Source: an uncultured Chloroflexia bacterium (lineage in GTDB: Bacteria > Chloroflexota > Limnocylindria > Limnocylindrales > CSP1-4). From it: a DNA stretch of 64,000 nucleotides. A program made the position numbers and the translations under genes. The DNA lies in NCBI GenBank assembly GCA_963707215.1, contig CAVPPB010000003.1, positions 1,056,001 to 1,120,000 on the forward strand. The letters run 5' to 3'. How positions within the stretch are numbered: position 1 is the stretch's first letter; the number at the start of each line of letters is the position of its first letter. Shown here in pieces: positions 1 to 10,314 of the stretch. The notes beneath the pieces were generated by a model. That model was given only the letters and a program-made list of their open reading frames with translations, did no database searches and was not told the DNA's origin.

Positions 1-51
1 GGCGCCTTCACGGATCGCCCTACCGGGACGAGTGACGCCCCGACCCCAGGA

Positions 52-1440
52 TCAGGCCCCGGCCCGGACCGGCCGGTGGCCGATGAGGCGGCGGCTTGCC
101 AGCGCACCCAGCACGGCGACGACGGCGCCCATCCCGAAGGCGATCGCCAGGGCGACCCAGGCTTCGGCGCCCGATCGCTCCCCGGCGGCCACGAAGGCGC
201 CGGCGATACCGGTCCCGAGAGCCACGCCGAGGGTGTCGGACAGTTGCAGGGCCGACGTGGCGCCACCCTCGGCCCCGGGCGTGGCCTCCCTGAGGGTGTA
301 GATCGACAGCGGCGCATAGGAGAGCCCCATCCCGAGCCCGGCGACCCCGAAGGTCACGACCGCGACCTGCCAGGGAACGGCAGGGATGAGTACGAGCATC
401 GTCGTCGCAACCCCCGCGGCGACGCTCGCGAACCCGACACCGACGAAGCGAGCCGCTCCGAGCGCCTGGATGCCTCGGGCCTGGATCCAGGACCCGGCCG
501 TCCAGGACAGGGTCGCTGACGTCAGGACGATCCCCGCTGCGAACGCGCTGATGCCGCGGTAGTCGATGAGCAGGAGAGCGACGTAGGCGTCGACCGCGAA
601 GAACGCGAAGGTGAGGACGCCTCGAAGCCCGATGGCCGCCGGCAACCCCGGCCGGAGCCTCAGGGTGCCGGGTGGGCTGAGGCGCCGGAAGGCCGGCACG
701 CCGACCGCGATCCCGACCGGCACGAGGGCCACGAGGAGGAGCGCCGAGCCCGACGTAAGCCCGACGAGGGCGGTCCCGGCTCCGGCCGTGACGAGGAGGG
801 CGAGTGGCAGCCGTCGGCGGAGCGCCTCCCCGGCCGCGTGCTCGGATGCCGGCGCCGGCGCGACCGCGCGGAGCGCCCGGATCGTCATCGCCCCGCTGAC
901 CGCGATCAGGGGTAGCAGGCCCAGGAAGACCCAGCGCCAGCCGACCGTCTCCCCGACGAGCCCGGCGATGGCCGGACCGATGACCCCGGGGATCACCCAG
1001 GCGGTCGAGAGGATCGCGAACATCCGGGGCCGGATCGACTCGGGCATCGAGCGGCCGATCGCGACGTAGACGGTGGGCGGGATGGAGCCCGCGCCGAGCC
1101 CCTGGAGGACCCGCCCCGCGACGAGCACCGGCATGCTCGGAGCCAGGCCTCCGACGACCAGGCCGGCGGCGAAGAGCCCGAGACCGATGCCCAGCGGTCG
1201 AACGAGGCCACCGCGGTCCAGCAGCCCGCCGATGACGACGATGCCGACCAGCGAGCCCAGGAAGAAGGCGGAGAACACCCAGCCGTACAGCTCGAGTCCG
1301 CCGAGATCCTCGGCAACGAGCGGCATCACCGTCGAGATCGCCAGGGCCTCGAACGCCACCAGGGTGACGGTCAGGATGAGGCCGATGGTCAGCGCCCGAC
1401 GGCCCGCCGAGAAGAGGCCGTCGGCCGGCTCGGTCCGCAT
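52..1440 (-). CDS. MFS transporter (DHA2-like, ~14 TM)
   Basis: Hydrophobic ORF with MFS motif-A-like GGLLDRGG and GRVLQGLGAG; start trimmed to MRTEPADG (ATG 1440). Confidence 0.9.
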   Translation of the reverse strand: MRTEPADGLFSAGRRALTIGLILTVTLVAFEALAISTVMPLVAEDLGGLELYGWVFSAFFLGSLVGIVVIGGLLDRGGLVRPLGIGLGLFAAGLVVGGLAPSMPVLVAGRVLQGLGAGSIPPTVYVAIGRSMPESIRPRMFAILSTAWVIPGVIGPAIAGLVGETVGWRWVFLGLLPLIAVSGAMTIRALRAVAPAPASEHAAGEALRRRLPLALLVTAGAGTALVGLTSGSALLLVALVPVGIAVGVPAFRRLSPPGTLRLRPGLPAAIGLRGVLTFAFFAVDAYVALLLIDYRGISAFAAGIVLTSATLSWTAGSWIQARGIQALGAARFVGVGFASVAAGVATTMLVLIPAVPWQVAVVTFGVAGLGMGLSYAPLSIYTLREATPGAEGGATSALQLSDTLGVALGTGIAGAFVAAGERSGAEAWVALAIAFGMGAVVAVLGALASRRLIGHRPVRAGA

Positions 1441-1444
1441 CCGG

Positions 1445-2020
1445 CTAGAGGACGAGCCCGGCAGGCGGCGGCACCGACGCGACGACCTCGTCGGCAAGCG
1501 CGACGGTCCGGGTCCACTCGTAGAACAGGCCTTTCGTCGTCGTCAGCAGGCCGCCAGCGGCCCGGATCCGGTCGAGGCCGGCGGCGGTCCCCCCGGCCGG
1601 CGATGCCGTGGCGTCGGCGACGACCGCGACGCGGACGCCGCGCGCGAGCAGCCCCACGGCCGACTGGGCGACGCAGACGTCGGTCTCGAGCCCCACGAGG
1701 ACAGCGGTCCCACGGCCGGTCGCCTCGACGGCGGCCAGGATGTCCGGCTGGTCGGCGAGGCCGAACACCGCCTTGTCATGGCGGGTCATCCCGGCCGGCA
1801 TGACGTCGAGGATCCGCCGGTCGGTCGAGCCATGCTTGCCCGGCTCCTCCTCGGTCGCGACGGTCGGCACATCGAGGTGCGCCGCGACGCGAGCCAGCCA
1901 GGCGATCCGCTCGGCGATCGACGCCGCGACCGGCGGGTCGAGACGTTCGAGGAAGCCGGGCTGGGTGTCGATGACGACGAGCAGGCAGTCGGTCGCCACG
2001 AGGAGAGGCTGGGCGGTCAC
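1445..2020 (-). CDS. Isochorismatase-family cysteine hydrolase
   Basis: VVIDTQ, HDKAVF and GLETDVCV give the Asp-Lys-Cys triad; GTG start preceded by AGGAG. Confidence 0.85.
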   Translation of the reverse strand: MTAQPLLVATDCLLVVIDTQPGFLERLDPPVAASIAERIAWLARVAAHLDVPTVATEEEPGKHGSTDRRILDVMPAGMTRHDKAVFGLADQPDILAAVEATGRGTAVLVGLETDVCVAQSAVGLLARGVRVAVVADATASPAGGTAAGLDRIRAAGGLLTTTKGLFYEWTRTVALADEVVASVPPPAGLVL

Positions 2021-2042
2021 CGCGATGCTCCTGGGGCCATCA

Positions 2043-2984
2043 TCACGTCCCCGCCAGGCGCTCGACGACCGGGTCGAGCTCGCCCTCCTCGCCGACCATG
2101 AACGAGCTGATGCCGAGTCGCTCGCGGATGCCCCGCAGCTTCTCGACGAGGCCGTCGACCGAGCCGATGAAGACGTGCGGCGACTCCAGCACTTCGCCGG
2201 CCGAGATGCCGAGCCCGGACTGTTCGCGGAACCGATCGGCCAGCGTCTCGGCCTCCTTCCGGGCACGGTCGGTCAGCAGGGGCGCCACCCCGGTCGGGTA
2301 GACGTTGAGCTCGAGCTCGTCGAAGCGCCCGCCGGCCGCCTCGCGCACCCAGCCGATCTTCTCCTCCGTCGCGGCGAGGGTGATCGACCGCGGATCGCGG
2401 ACCAGTCCGGGCAACGTCCTGGGGGCGAAGCTGACGATGTCGGCCTCCCGGCCGGCCAGCGTCAGGACCCGTTGCCCTCCGCCGCCGATCATCAGCGGCG
2501 GGTGAGGCCGCTGGACCGGCTTCGGCCGGCCGTCGTAGGCGTCGAGCGCGTAGTGCTCGCCACGGAACGAGAACGGCTCCCCGCCGAGGCAGCCCTTGAG
2601 CACGGAGATCGCCTCGGCCAGCCGGCCGACCCGGATCTCCACCGGGTCGAAGCTCATCCCGGTCTGCCGGTACTCGGGTGCATTCCAGCCGGCCCCGATG
2701 CCGATCTCGAGCCGGCCGCCGCTGAGGACGTCGAGCGTCGCGAGGTCGTGGGCCAGGACGGCCGGGTGACGGAGGTCGTTGTTGATGACGAACGAACCGA
2801 TCCGCAGCCGCTCGGTGGCGGCGGCCACGTAGGCCATGGTCGGGACCGGCGCCATCTGGTCGATGAGGTGGTCGGGCACGACGAGGGCGGAGAAGCCGGT
2901 CGCCTCGGCCCGCCGGGCGAGCTCGGTGAGGGTCCGGCCGTCGACCGGGGTCGAGACCACGGCCAGGAAGCGGAAGGGTCGCAT
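2043..2984 (-). CDS. LLM-class F420-dependent oxidoreductase
   Basis: VVPDHL, ATLDVLSGGRLEIGIGAGW and PKPVQRPHPPLMIGGGG motifs. Confidence 0.9.
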   Translation of the reverse strand: MRPFRFLAVVSTPVDGRTLTELARRAEATGFSALVVPDHLIDQMAPVPTMAYVAAATERLRIGSFVINNDLRHPAVLAHDLATLDVLSGGRLEIGIGAGWNAPEYRQTGMSFDPVEIRVGRLAEAISVLKGCLGGEPFSFRGEHYALDAYDGRPKPVQRPHPPLMIGGGGQRVLTLAGREADIVSFAPRTLPGLVRDPRSITLAATEEKIGWVREAAGGRFDELELNVYPTGVAPLLTDRARKEAETLADRFREQSGLGISAGEVLESPHVFIGSVDGLVEKLRGIRERLGISSFMVGEEGELDPVVERLAGT

Positions 2985-3030
2985 CGACCGATGGTAGACC
3001 CGCGGCCCGAGGGGCCGCGACCGTGACTGA

Positions 3031-3237
3031 TCAGTCGAAGTCGAAGATCCCGCGCCCGGCCGAGAACTGGAGCACCAGCCGGCAGCGCTGGCAGATCTTC
3101 AGCACGAGCTTGTGACTCGTGACGCCCCAGCGTGAGTCCATCCGGCCCCGCTGGGTCTCGAACTCGGTCCCGCTGCACAGCGGGCACTTCAGCACCGGCT
3201 TCGCGGCCGCCTCGGCGGCTTCCCAGGTTCCCATCAT
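3031..3237 (-). CDS. Small Zn-ribbon protein (68 aa)
   Basis: CPLC...CQRC pair; GGAGG RBS before ATG 3237. Confidence 0.7.
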   Translation of the reverse strand: MMGTWEAAEAAAKPVLKCPLCSGTEFETQRGRMDSRWGVTSHKLVLKICQRCRLVLQFSAGRGIFDFD

Positions 3238-3299
3238 CAGGCCTCCGTAGCGTGATCGGTCAGCGGCAGGGTCGGTCGAAGGCGGCTGCCCTCGATAGG

Positions 3300-3599
3300 T
3301 CAGTCCCTGCCGCGCAGCAGTGAGATCCGGAAGGGGCGCAGCTCGCCGCGGGCGTACCCGCCGGCGATGACCGGGTCCTCCTCCATGATGCGCCGGGCGG
3401 CGGCCTCGTCGGGCGCCTCGAAGATGGCGATCCCCGTGTTGACCGATCCCAGGGTCGGCCCCACGAGGACGATCGTGCGCTCCGCGAGGAGGCGCTGGAA
3501 GCGCTCGAAGTGGGTCCCCCAGACCGCCTCCTCCTCGGGGGTCATGGTCGCCGCGAAGTCCTCCCGGGGCGGGTGGATGAAGTAGACCCATTCGCCCAT
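3300..3599 (-). CDS. YciI/YCII-family protein
   Basis: H..GPT..G.AIFEA...A...MEEDP pattern, 99 aa. Confidence 0.8.
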   Translation of the reverse strand: MGEWVYFIHPPREDFAATMTPEEEAVWGTHFERFQRLLAERTIVLVGPTLGSVNTGIAIFEAPDEAAARRIMEEDPVIAGGYARGELRPFRISLLRGRD

Positions 3600-3621
3600 G
3601 ACGCTCGCCTTCGCAGCCCGA

Positions 3622-4563
3622 TCAGGCGGCCGCCGCGCCGCTCGGCGCGCCGTCCGACCGGGCCGGCTCGGGCTCCCCGGGCGGTGACCCGACCCGGAAC
3701 CGGTTGCGGTAGTGGATCAGGGCGCCCAGCAGCGCGGCATGGGTCAGGGTCGAGGAGATGGCGGCGATCTGCTCGACGTAGAAGCTGACGATCGCCCCGG
3801 CGGTCAGGGCGACGATCAGGCCCACGATCGCCAGCCGGATGCCGGCGACCTCGCGTCCGCGGCCGAGCGCGACCGCGCCGATCAGGAGCACGATCCCGCT
3901 CGCTCCGAGGATGGCCGCCTCCAGGAGGTAGAAGACCGGGTCGTCGGGACGTTCGACCCGGTCGCCCGGCACCTCGACGATATCCCGGATCGCGTCGCGG
4001 ACGATCTCCGGGTCAAGGACCGCGAACAGCACCAGCGAGAGCAGCCAGGTGACGCCCATGAACCCCAGGACGGCGACGAGCAGGCGTCGGAAGCGACGCC
4101 GGGGCAGGTATCGCTCCTCCCAGCGGGCCAGGCGACCCGGCTGGACCGCCGCGGGCCGGGCGTCGGGCCGGCGGCGCACCACGACGAAGATGGCGATGAG
4201 GGCCAGCAGCAGGCCGTAGATGAGCGGCGCCGCCAAGGGGTAGAAGTAGTCGTTGCTCGCGGTGATGAACTTGCCGACCTCGTCGACGAACAGGCCGGTG
4301 CCGGCACCGGCCAGGATCGCCGAGAGCGAGAGGACCAGGGAGCCGGTGAGCAGGAGCGGCAGGAGCGCCGCGGCCACGAGGAGGAGCCCGCCCCAGAGCA
4401 CGTGGGCGACGTGGAGCTCGCCGCCGCCGACCTGCGGGTAGCCGGTCGCCTGGAGGTACCAGCGGGTCCCCACGACGGCCACGATGAAGGCCACGATCAG
4501 GATGAGCAGGTAGCGCTCGGCGCCGTCACGGAAGCTGGGTCGGTCGGACATCGGCACGGTCAT
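3622..4563 (-). CDS. Hypothetical integral membrane protein
   Basis: About 8 hydrophobic segments; LHVAHVLWGG and GLFVDEVGKFIT look like conserved motifs. Confidence 0.75.
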   Translation of the reverse strand: MTVPMSDRPSFRDGAERYLLILIVAFIVAVVGTRWYLQATGYPQVGGGELHVAHVLWGGLLLVAAALLPLLLTGSLVLSLSAILAGAGTGLFVDEVGKFITASNDYFYPLAAPLIYGLLLALIAIFVVVRRRPDARPAAVQPGRLARWEERYLPRRRFRRLLVAVLGFMGVTWLLSLVLFAVLDPEIVRDAIRDIVEVPGDRVERPDDPVFYLLEAAILGASGIVLLIGAVALGRGREVAGIRLAIVGLIVALTAGAIVSFYVEQIAAISSTLTHAALLGALIHYRNRFRVGSPPGEPEPARSDGAPSGAAAA

Positions 4564-4578
4564 CCTAGCGGACGGGGC

Positions 4579-5130
4579 TCACCAGGCGTCGCCGGGTCGC
4601 CACTCGCAGCTGATCGACGCCGTGGGGTCGAGCGCTGGCGACGTCGGCGTCGGCAGGACCATGATCCCCTCGTCCTCGTCGGCGGTCCGCAGGAGCCCCT
4701 CGGTCGTCCGCACGTACGTCGGCCCCTGCCAGCGCAGCCAGCCGAGCCGCTCGTAGAAGCGGTGAGCGTCGGTGCTGAGGGCGCCCAGCTCGAAGCCGGC
4801 GTGGATGAACCCGGTCGCCTCGGCAACGACCCGCGAGCCCAGCCCCTGGCGCTGGCGACCGGGTTCGGTGGCGACGGCCTCGAGGTAGCCGGTCCGGAGC
4901 GGCCGCCCGCCCAGCTCGAGGACCCGCTCCACGACCGAGGCATGGCTGACGATCCGCCCGTCGGCCTCGATGAGCCAGTGCCGCCCGCCGAGGGCGTGGG
5001 CCATGTCGTCGTCGCTGAAGCCACCGCCCGGCCAGGCGCCTGCGAAGAGGCGGCGCAGCTGGTCGAGATCGGCGGGAGTGAGATCTGTCGTGCTCGCCTC
5101 ACGCGGCCGAGGCAGGAGCAGGTCAGCCAT
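4579..5130 (-). CDS. GNAT acetyltransferase, aminoglycoside 2'-N-acetyltransferase AAC(2')-I-like
   Basis: HALGG, HASVVER, RTGYLEAVAT, QRQGLG, FYERLGW, GPT and C-terminal CEWRPGDAW; ATG overlaps the end of mfd. Confidence 0.8.
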   Translation of the reverse strand: MADLLLPRPREASTTDLTPADLDQLRRLFAGAWPGGGFSDDDMAHALGGRHWLIEADGRIVSHASVVERVLELGGRPLRTGYLEAVATEPGRQRQGLGSRVVAEATGFIHAGFELGALSTDAHRFYERLGWLRWQGPTYVRTTEGLLRTADEDEGIMVLPTPTSPALDPTASISCEWRPGDAW

Positions 5131-8100
5131 CGACCCCGAGGCGGGCGACGACGGCCTGGGTGAGCTGCCAGGCACGCCCCGGTTCATGGGGCAGGCGGAT
5201 GCGGACCTGGTTCGAGGCGAAGGTGAGCTCGCCCGGCCGGACTCCCGGCAGGGACCCGCCCGGGCCGGTCGGAGCGAGGAGACGCATCGCGGTCGCCCGC
5301 GACAGCTCGGCCCCGAAGCGGACGACGAGCTGACCGTCCTCGCGGGAGATCGAGGAGACGCCGACCTCCTCGGCCCGCAGGCGCAGCTCGGCGACCTCTG
5401 CCAGCCGGAGCACCGGCTCCGGCAGCGGCCCGAAGCGGTCCAGGACCTCCTGGCGGAAGGCGGCGATGTCGCCCGGCGTGCGGGCCCTGGCCAGGCGCCG
5501 GTAGAGCTCGAGCTTCTGGGCCTCGTCGGGCACGTAGTCGTCGGGCAGGTGGGCCTCCAGCGGCAGGTCGAGCACGGCCTGCGGTCGCTCGACGACCGGC
5601 GCCCTCCCCTCCAGGCTCGCCTTCTGCTCCTCGACCGCCTCGCCCAGGAGCCGCGAGTAGAGGTCGAAGCCGACGGCCGCCATGTGCCCGGACTGCTCGG
5701 CGCCAAGGATGTTTCCGGCACCGCGGATCTCCAGGTCGGCCAGGGCGATCTGGAAGCCGGCCCCCAGCTCGGAGGCATTGAAGATCGCCTGGAGGCGCTT
5801 GCGGGCCTCGTCGCTCATCCGCTCGCGACGGCGGTAGAGCAGGTAGGCGTAGGCCCGTCGGCTGCTCCGGCCGACCCGGCCGCGGAGCTGGTAGAGCTGG
5901 GCGAGGCCGAGCTGGTCGGCCCGATCGATGACGATCGTGTTGGCGTTGGGGATGTCGAGGCCCGACTCGATGATCGTCGTGCTGACGAGGACGTCCGCCT
6001 CGCCGCCGGCGAAGCCGACCATGACCCCCTCGAGCGCGCCCTCGGACATCTGGCCGTGGCCGACGACGATCCGGGCCTCCGGCAGCATCCGCCGAAGCTG
6101 GTCGGCCTGGGCCTCGATCGTCTCGACCCGGTTGTGGACGAAGAAGACCTGGCCGCCGCGGTCCAGCTCGCGAAGGATGGCGTCGCGCACGAGCCCGGCG
6201 GAGGCCTCGGCGACCCGGGTCTGGATCGGTAGCCGGTCCTCCGGTGGGGTCTCGATGACGGACAGGTCGCGGATGCCGGCCAGAGCCAGGTTGAGGGTCC
6301 GCGGGATCGGCGTCGCCGAGAGGGTCAGCACGTCGACCTCCCGGCGGAGCCGCTTGAGGCGCTCCTTCGCCGCCACCCCGAAACGCTGCTCCTCGTCCAC
6401 GACGACCAGCCCGAGGTCGCGGAAGGCGACGTCCTTGCTGAGCAGGCGATGGGTGCCGATGACCAGGTCGACCGAGCCGTCGGCCAGGCCGGCCACGGTC
6501 CTCCCCTGCTCCGCCGGCCCGACGAATCGCGAGAGCAGCCGGACGGCGATCGGGAACGCGGCGAAGCGCTGGGAGAAGGTCCGGAAGTGCTGGTCGGCGA
6601 GGACCGTCGTGGGCACGAGGACCGCGACCTGGCGGCCGTCCTGGACGGCCTTGAAGGCGGCTCGCAGGGCGACCTCCGTCTTGCCGTAGCCGACGTCGCC
6701 GACGACGAGGCGGTCCATCGGCTGGACGGCCTCCATGTCGACCTTGACCTCGGCGATGGCACGCAGCTGGTCGGGCGTCTCCTCGTACGGGAACGACGCC
6801 TCGAGCTCGCCCTGCCAGGGCGTGTCGGGCTCGAACGCGTGGCCGCGGGCGGCCGCCCTCGCCGCATACAGCTCGAGGAGCTCCGAGGCGAGGTCGGTGA
6901 CCGCCCGCTTGACCCGCTGCTTGGTCCGCAGCCACTCGGTTCCGCCGAGGCGGCTGAGGGTCGGCGACTCGCCGCCCGAGTAGCGGCTCAGGCGCTCGAT
7001 CTGCTCGACCGGCACGAAGATCCGATCGCCGGCGGCGAAGCGCAGCTCCAGGAAGTCGCGGTCGTCGCCGAGACCGCTGGAGCGCCGGATCATCCGCTCG
7101 TAGCGGGCGATGCCGTGGTCGATGTGGACGACGAGGTCGCCGGGCGTGAGGCGCTCGAGGAGGTCGCGGGGGACGACCCGTCGGAGGGCCTTGGGGCGAC
7201 GGACCCGGACCGAGCCGAAGAGCTCCCGGTCGGTGACCAGGACCAGGCCGTCCGGCCCGCCCTCGAAACCGCCGTTGAGGCTCCGCTCGACGAGGACGAC
7301 ACCGCCGGGATGGGGCGGCTCCGCGACCCGGCTGACGGCCGCGACGGGCCGGCCACCCTCCTCGAGGAGCTCGGCGAGACGGGGCGCCTGGTCGCTCGTC
7401 AGGACGACCCGGCCGGCGTCGGCCGCCCAGCCGTCCACCATGTCCGTCAGCCGGCCGGTCCGCCCGGGCAGGACGGTCGGCTCGCGCCAGCCGAACAGAT
7501 CGCCCGACGCCAGGCCGCCCCGGGCCAGGGTGGCCTCCTGGGGCAGGTCCGTCATCCAGGTCAGCTCGAGGGTCCGGGAGGCCGTCAACCGGGAGCGCCA
7601 GGCGCGCTCGGCCGGGTACGGCGCCGGCCAACGCTCCGGGAGCTCGCCCGCGGCGATCAGCTCGCCGCGGCGCTCGGCCTCCTGGCGCCAGAGGGACGCG
7701 GCCGCATCGGCCACGTCGCCAGGCTCGTCGATCACGATGAGCGCGCCAGGATCGACATGGTCGAGGCCGGTCGTCGCGGTCAGGACGGGCGCCCAGACCT
7801 CCGCGGCGTCGCCGACGGCCAGGGCTCGGGTGAGCGGGTCGCCGGCGCCCTCCAGTCGGTCCAGGTCGGCGGCCAGCCGCTCGGGCAGCCGATCGACCAG
7901 GCGACCCAGCCGGGCGCGGATCGAACCCGCTCCACCGGGCGGGCGCAGGAACTCGCTGGCCGGCAGCAGCTCGATAGGCCCGGCCGGTCCGACCGAGCGT
8001 TGGTCGGTGGGATCGAAGGCCCGGATCGAGTCGATCTCGTCGCCGAACAGCTCCAGGCGCACGGGCAGCTCGGCCGACGGCGGGAACAGGTCGACGATCC

Positions 8101-8908
8101 CACCGCGCCGGGCGAACTCGCCGCGACCGGCGACCTCCAGGACCCGCGTGTAGCCAAGGTCGTGGAGCTCCCGCAGGAACGCCTCCAGGTCGATGCGGCC
8201 CGCGGCCCGGACCACTCGCGGGTCGGGCAGGTCGTCGGGCGGGATCGTGGTCTGGAGGAGGGCCTGGACCGACGCGACGAGGACCGGCGCCCGGCCGGTC
8301 CGCCAGGCCGCCAGCGCGGCGACGCGGCTCGCCGTCTCGTCGGGCACGAGTTCGCTTCGCTCGTAGGCGAGGGCGGTCCGCGGCTCGAGGATGGCCACCG
8401 CTGCAGGGTCGCCCAGCCAGGCGCCGAGCTCCTCGGAGACCCGATCGCCGATCTCCGCGTCGCGGGCGATCCAGCAGACCCGCTCATCGGCCTGAGCGAG
8501 GGCAGCCGCGAGGTACGTCTTGGCGGCGTGGGGCACCGTCGTCACCGACGCGTGGCGGCCGGCTCGAGGCGCTGGGGCCTCGCCAGGTCCGCCGAGCCGC
8601 TCGACGAGCGTCGCGAAGGAGCCCGAGCCGGTCAGCAGGCCGGGCAGGCGTGAGAGATCGGGGATGCGACGACCGCCGCGGGGCGCCCGGCTGCCCGGAG
8701 CAGGCGCAGCCGACCGGCGGGTCCCACCGCGACCGGTCTGCGGGACGGCGCCGGCGCGATCACGGGCGAGCTCGACCTCGGCGTCGACCGCCGAGACCTC
8801 CAGGTCCGGGCCCCCGGCGAGCGGTCCCCGACGGGCGACGGCCTCACCGACGAGCCGGTCGACCTCCCGCCGCCGCGAGGCCCGCTGGCCGCGCAGCTGC
8901 GGGCTCAC
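5123..8908 (-). CDS. mfd: Transcription-repair coupling factor
   Basis: GDLVVHIDHGIARY (CarD-like domain), GDVGYGKTEVA, DEEQRFGV, SATPIPRT, QLRGRVGRS; exact start uncertain. Confidence 0.97.
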   Translation of the reverse strand: MSPQLRGQRASRRREVDRLVGEAVARRGPLAGGPDLEVSAVDAEVELARDRAGAVPQTGRGGTRRSAAPAPGSRAPRGGRRIPDLSRLPGLLTGSGSFATLVERLGGPGEAPAPRAGRHASVTTVPHAAKTYLAAALAQADERVCWIARDAEIGDRVSEELGAWLGDPAAVAILEPRTALAYERSELVPDETASRVAALAAWRTGRAPVLVASVQALLQTTIPPDDLPDPRVVRAAGRIDLEAFLRELHDLGYTRVLEVAGRGEFARRGGIVDLFPPSAELPVRLELFGDEIDSIRAFDPTDQRSVGPAGPIELLPASEFLRPPGGAGSIRARLGRLVDRLPERLAADLDRLEGAGDPLTRALAVGDAAEVWAPVLTATTGLDHVDPGALIVIDEPGDVADAAASLWRQEAERRGELIAAGELPERWPAPYPAERAWRSRLTASRTLELTWMTDLPQEATLARGGLASGDLFGWREPTVLPGRTGRLTDMVDGWAADAGRVVLTSDQAPRLAELLEEGGRPVAAVSRVAEPPHPGGVVLVERSLNGGFEGGPDGLVLVTDRELFGSVRVRRPKALRRVVPRDLLERLTPGDLVVHIDHGIARYERMIRRSSGLGDDRDFLELRFAAGDRIFVPVEQIERLSRYSGGESPTLSRLGGTEWLRTKQRVKRAVTDLASELLELYAARAAARGHAFEPDTPWQGELEASFPYEETPDQLRAIAEVKVDMEAVQPMDRLVVGDVGYGKTEVALRAAFKAVQDGRQVAVLVPTTVLADQHFRTFSQRFAAFPIAVRLLSRFVGPAEQGRTVAGLADGSVDLVIGTHRLLSKDVAFRDLGLVVVDEEQRFGVAAKERLKRLRREVDVLTLSATPIPRTLNLALAGIRDLSVIETPPEDRLPIQTRVAEASAGLVRDAILRELDRGGQVFFVHNRVETIEAQADQLRRMLPEARIVVGHGQMSEGALEGVMVGFAGGEADVLVSTTIIESGLDIPNANTIVIDRADQLGLAQLYQLRGRVGRSSRRAYAYLLYRRRERMSDEARKRLQAIFNASELGAGFQIALADLEIRGAGNILGAEQSGHMAAVGFDLYSRLLGEAVEEQKASLEGRAPVVERPQAVLDLPLEAHLPDDYVPDEAQKLELYRRLARARTPGDIAAFRQEVLDRFGPLPEPVLRLAEVAELRLRAEEVGVSSISREDGQLVVRFGAELSRATAMRLLAPTGPGGSLPGVRPGELTFASNQVRIRLPHEPGRAWQLTQAVVARLGVDG

Positions 8909-9591
8909 CGGCCCTCTCCCGGCGACCGCACCTTGCGCCAGCCGGTCCGGGTGCGGCGGATCCCGTCGGCATCGGGCGGGCCGTCGATCGCCCCCGGCGG
9001 GGCCAGGCGCTCCGGGTCCGCCGGGCGCAGCTGGAAGGCGTTGAACCGGTTGGCGGCCTTGTTGGTGCCCTCCCGGGCCCAGGCCTCGACGGCGTCGGCG
9101 GCCGCGTCGAGGAGCTCATCCAGGCGGAGTTGCTCCTCGGGCCCGAAGCGGCTCAGGACATGGTCGACGGCGTCGCGAGAGGGCTCCCCGATCCCCACCC
9201 GGAGGCGGCCGAACTTCTCGGTCCCGAGCTCTTCGATGATCGACCGCAGACCATTGTGCCCGCCGGCGCCCCCACCCTCGCGGAAGCGCAGCCGCCCGAA
9301 CGGTAGGGCGAAATCGTCGGCGACGACCAGGAGGTCGGGCAACGGAGCGCGCTCGCGGGCCAGCAGCTTGCGGACCGCCAGTCCGCTGTCGTTCATGTAG
9401 GTCAACGGCTTGGCCAGGACCAGGTCGAGGCCCGCGTGGCGGCCACGGACACTGGAGGCAGCATCGCGGTCACGCCCCCGGCCGCCCCAGCCTGCCCGGT
9501 CGGCAAGGCGGTCGAGGACCATCCAGCCGATGTTGTGGCGGGTCCGGGCGTACTGGCTGCCCGGGTTGCCGAGGCCGACGACGAGCTTCAC
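8905..9591 (-). CDS. pth: Peptidyl-tRNA hydrolase
   Basis: KLVVGLGNPG..Y..TRHNIG, KPLTYMNDSG, GGHNGLRSI; GGAGG RBS before GTG 9591. Confidence 0.96.
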   Translation of the reverse strand: MKLVVGLGNPGSQYARTRHNIGWMVLDRLADRAGWGGRGRDRDAASSVRGRHAGLDLVLAKPLTYMNDSGLAVRKLLARERAPLPDLLVVADDFALPFGRLRFREGGGAGGHNGLRSIIEELGTEKFGRLRVGIGEPSRDAVDHVLSRFGPEEQLRLDELLDAAADAVEAWAREGTNKAANRFNAFQLRPADPERLAPPGAIDGPPDADGIRRTRTGWRKVRSPGEGR

Positions 9592-9712
9592 TGGTCCTCC
9601 CTGCCGATCGGTGCCGACCCGGCCCTCGCGGCCACACCGAGCGGCCCCGGCGGCGTCCGCCCGGGGCCCAACCTCTGGATGGTACCCCGGTCGCGCGGCT
9701 CGCCGGGTCCGA

Positions 9713-10312
9713 TCAGGCGGAACCCGACCCTGGGTCCGGGTGGCCCACCGCGAGGAGGCGCCGTTCGAGGGCTCGCATCGCCGCCTCCTCGCGTGGCTCG
9801 GCATGGTCCCAGCCGCAGAGGTGCAGCGTCCCATGCGTCACCAGCAGGCACATCTCCTCGGTCGCCGACCAGCGCACGTCGCCGGTCTGGCCGCCCCGGC
9901 CGTCGGCAGCCTGATCGATGGCGCGCTCGACCGACACGACGACGTCCCCGAGGTGAGGCCTCCGGGTCGGCGGGGCGACGAACCGTGGCGTCGGTGCATC
10001 CGGAGTAGGATCCGGGGCGGCCGGGCCGCCTTCGTGCGGCGGGAACGCCTCGGGGCCAAGCAGCGGGAACGACAGAACGTCGGTCGGGCCGGACTTCCCA
10101 AGATGGGCCAGGTCGAGCGCGGCCAGCTCGCCGTCGTCGGACAGGACGAGGCCGACCGAGGCCGGGGCGGGAGCGCCTGCGGCGTCGAGCGCCGCTCCCA
10201 TGGCCCGAGCGAGCCGAGCGAGCGCGGCAGGCCGAGGCATGCCCGGTCGCTCGGTGACGTCGATCCGCCATGGCCCCACGTGGATCGAGCGAATTCGTGC
10301 GGGGGAGCCCAC
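9713..10312 (-). CDS. ybeY: rRNA maturation endoribonuclease YbeY
   Basis: PTDVLSFP, LGDVVVS and HGTLHLCGWDH zinc motif. Confidence 0.92.
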   Translation of the reverse strand: MGSPARIRSIHVGPWRIDVTERPGMPRPAALARLARAMGAALDAAGAPAPASVGLVLSDDGELAALDLAHLGKSGPTDVLSFPLLGPEAFPPHEGGPAAPDPTPDAPTPRFVAPPTRRPHLGDVVVSVERAIDQAADGRGGQTGDVRWSATEEMCLLVTHGTLHLCGWDHAEPREEAAMRALERRLLAVGHPDPGSGSA

Positions 10313-10314
10313 GC

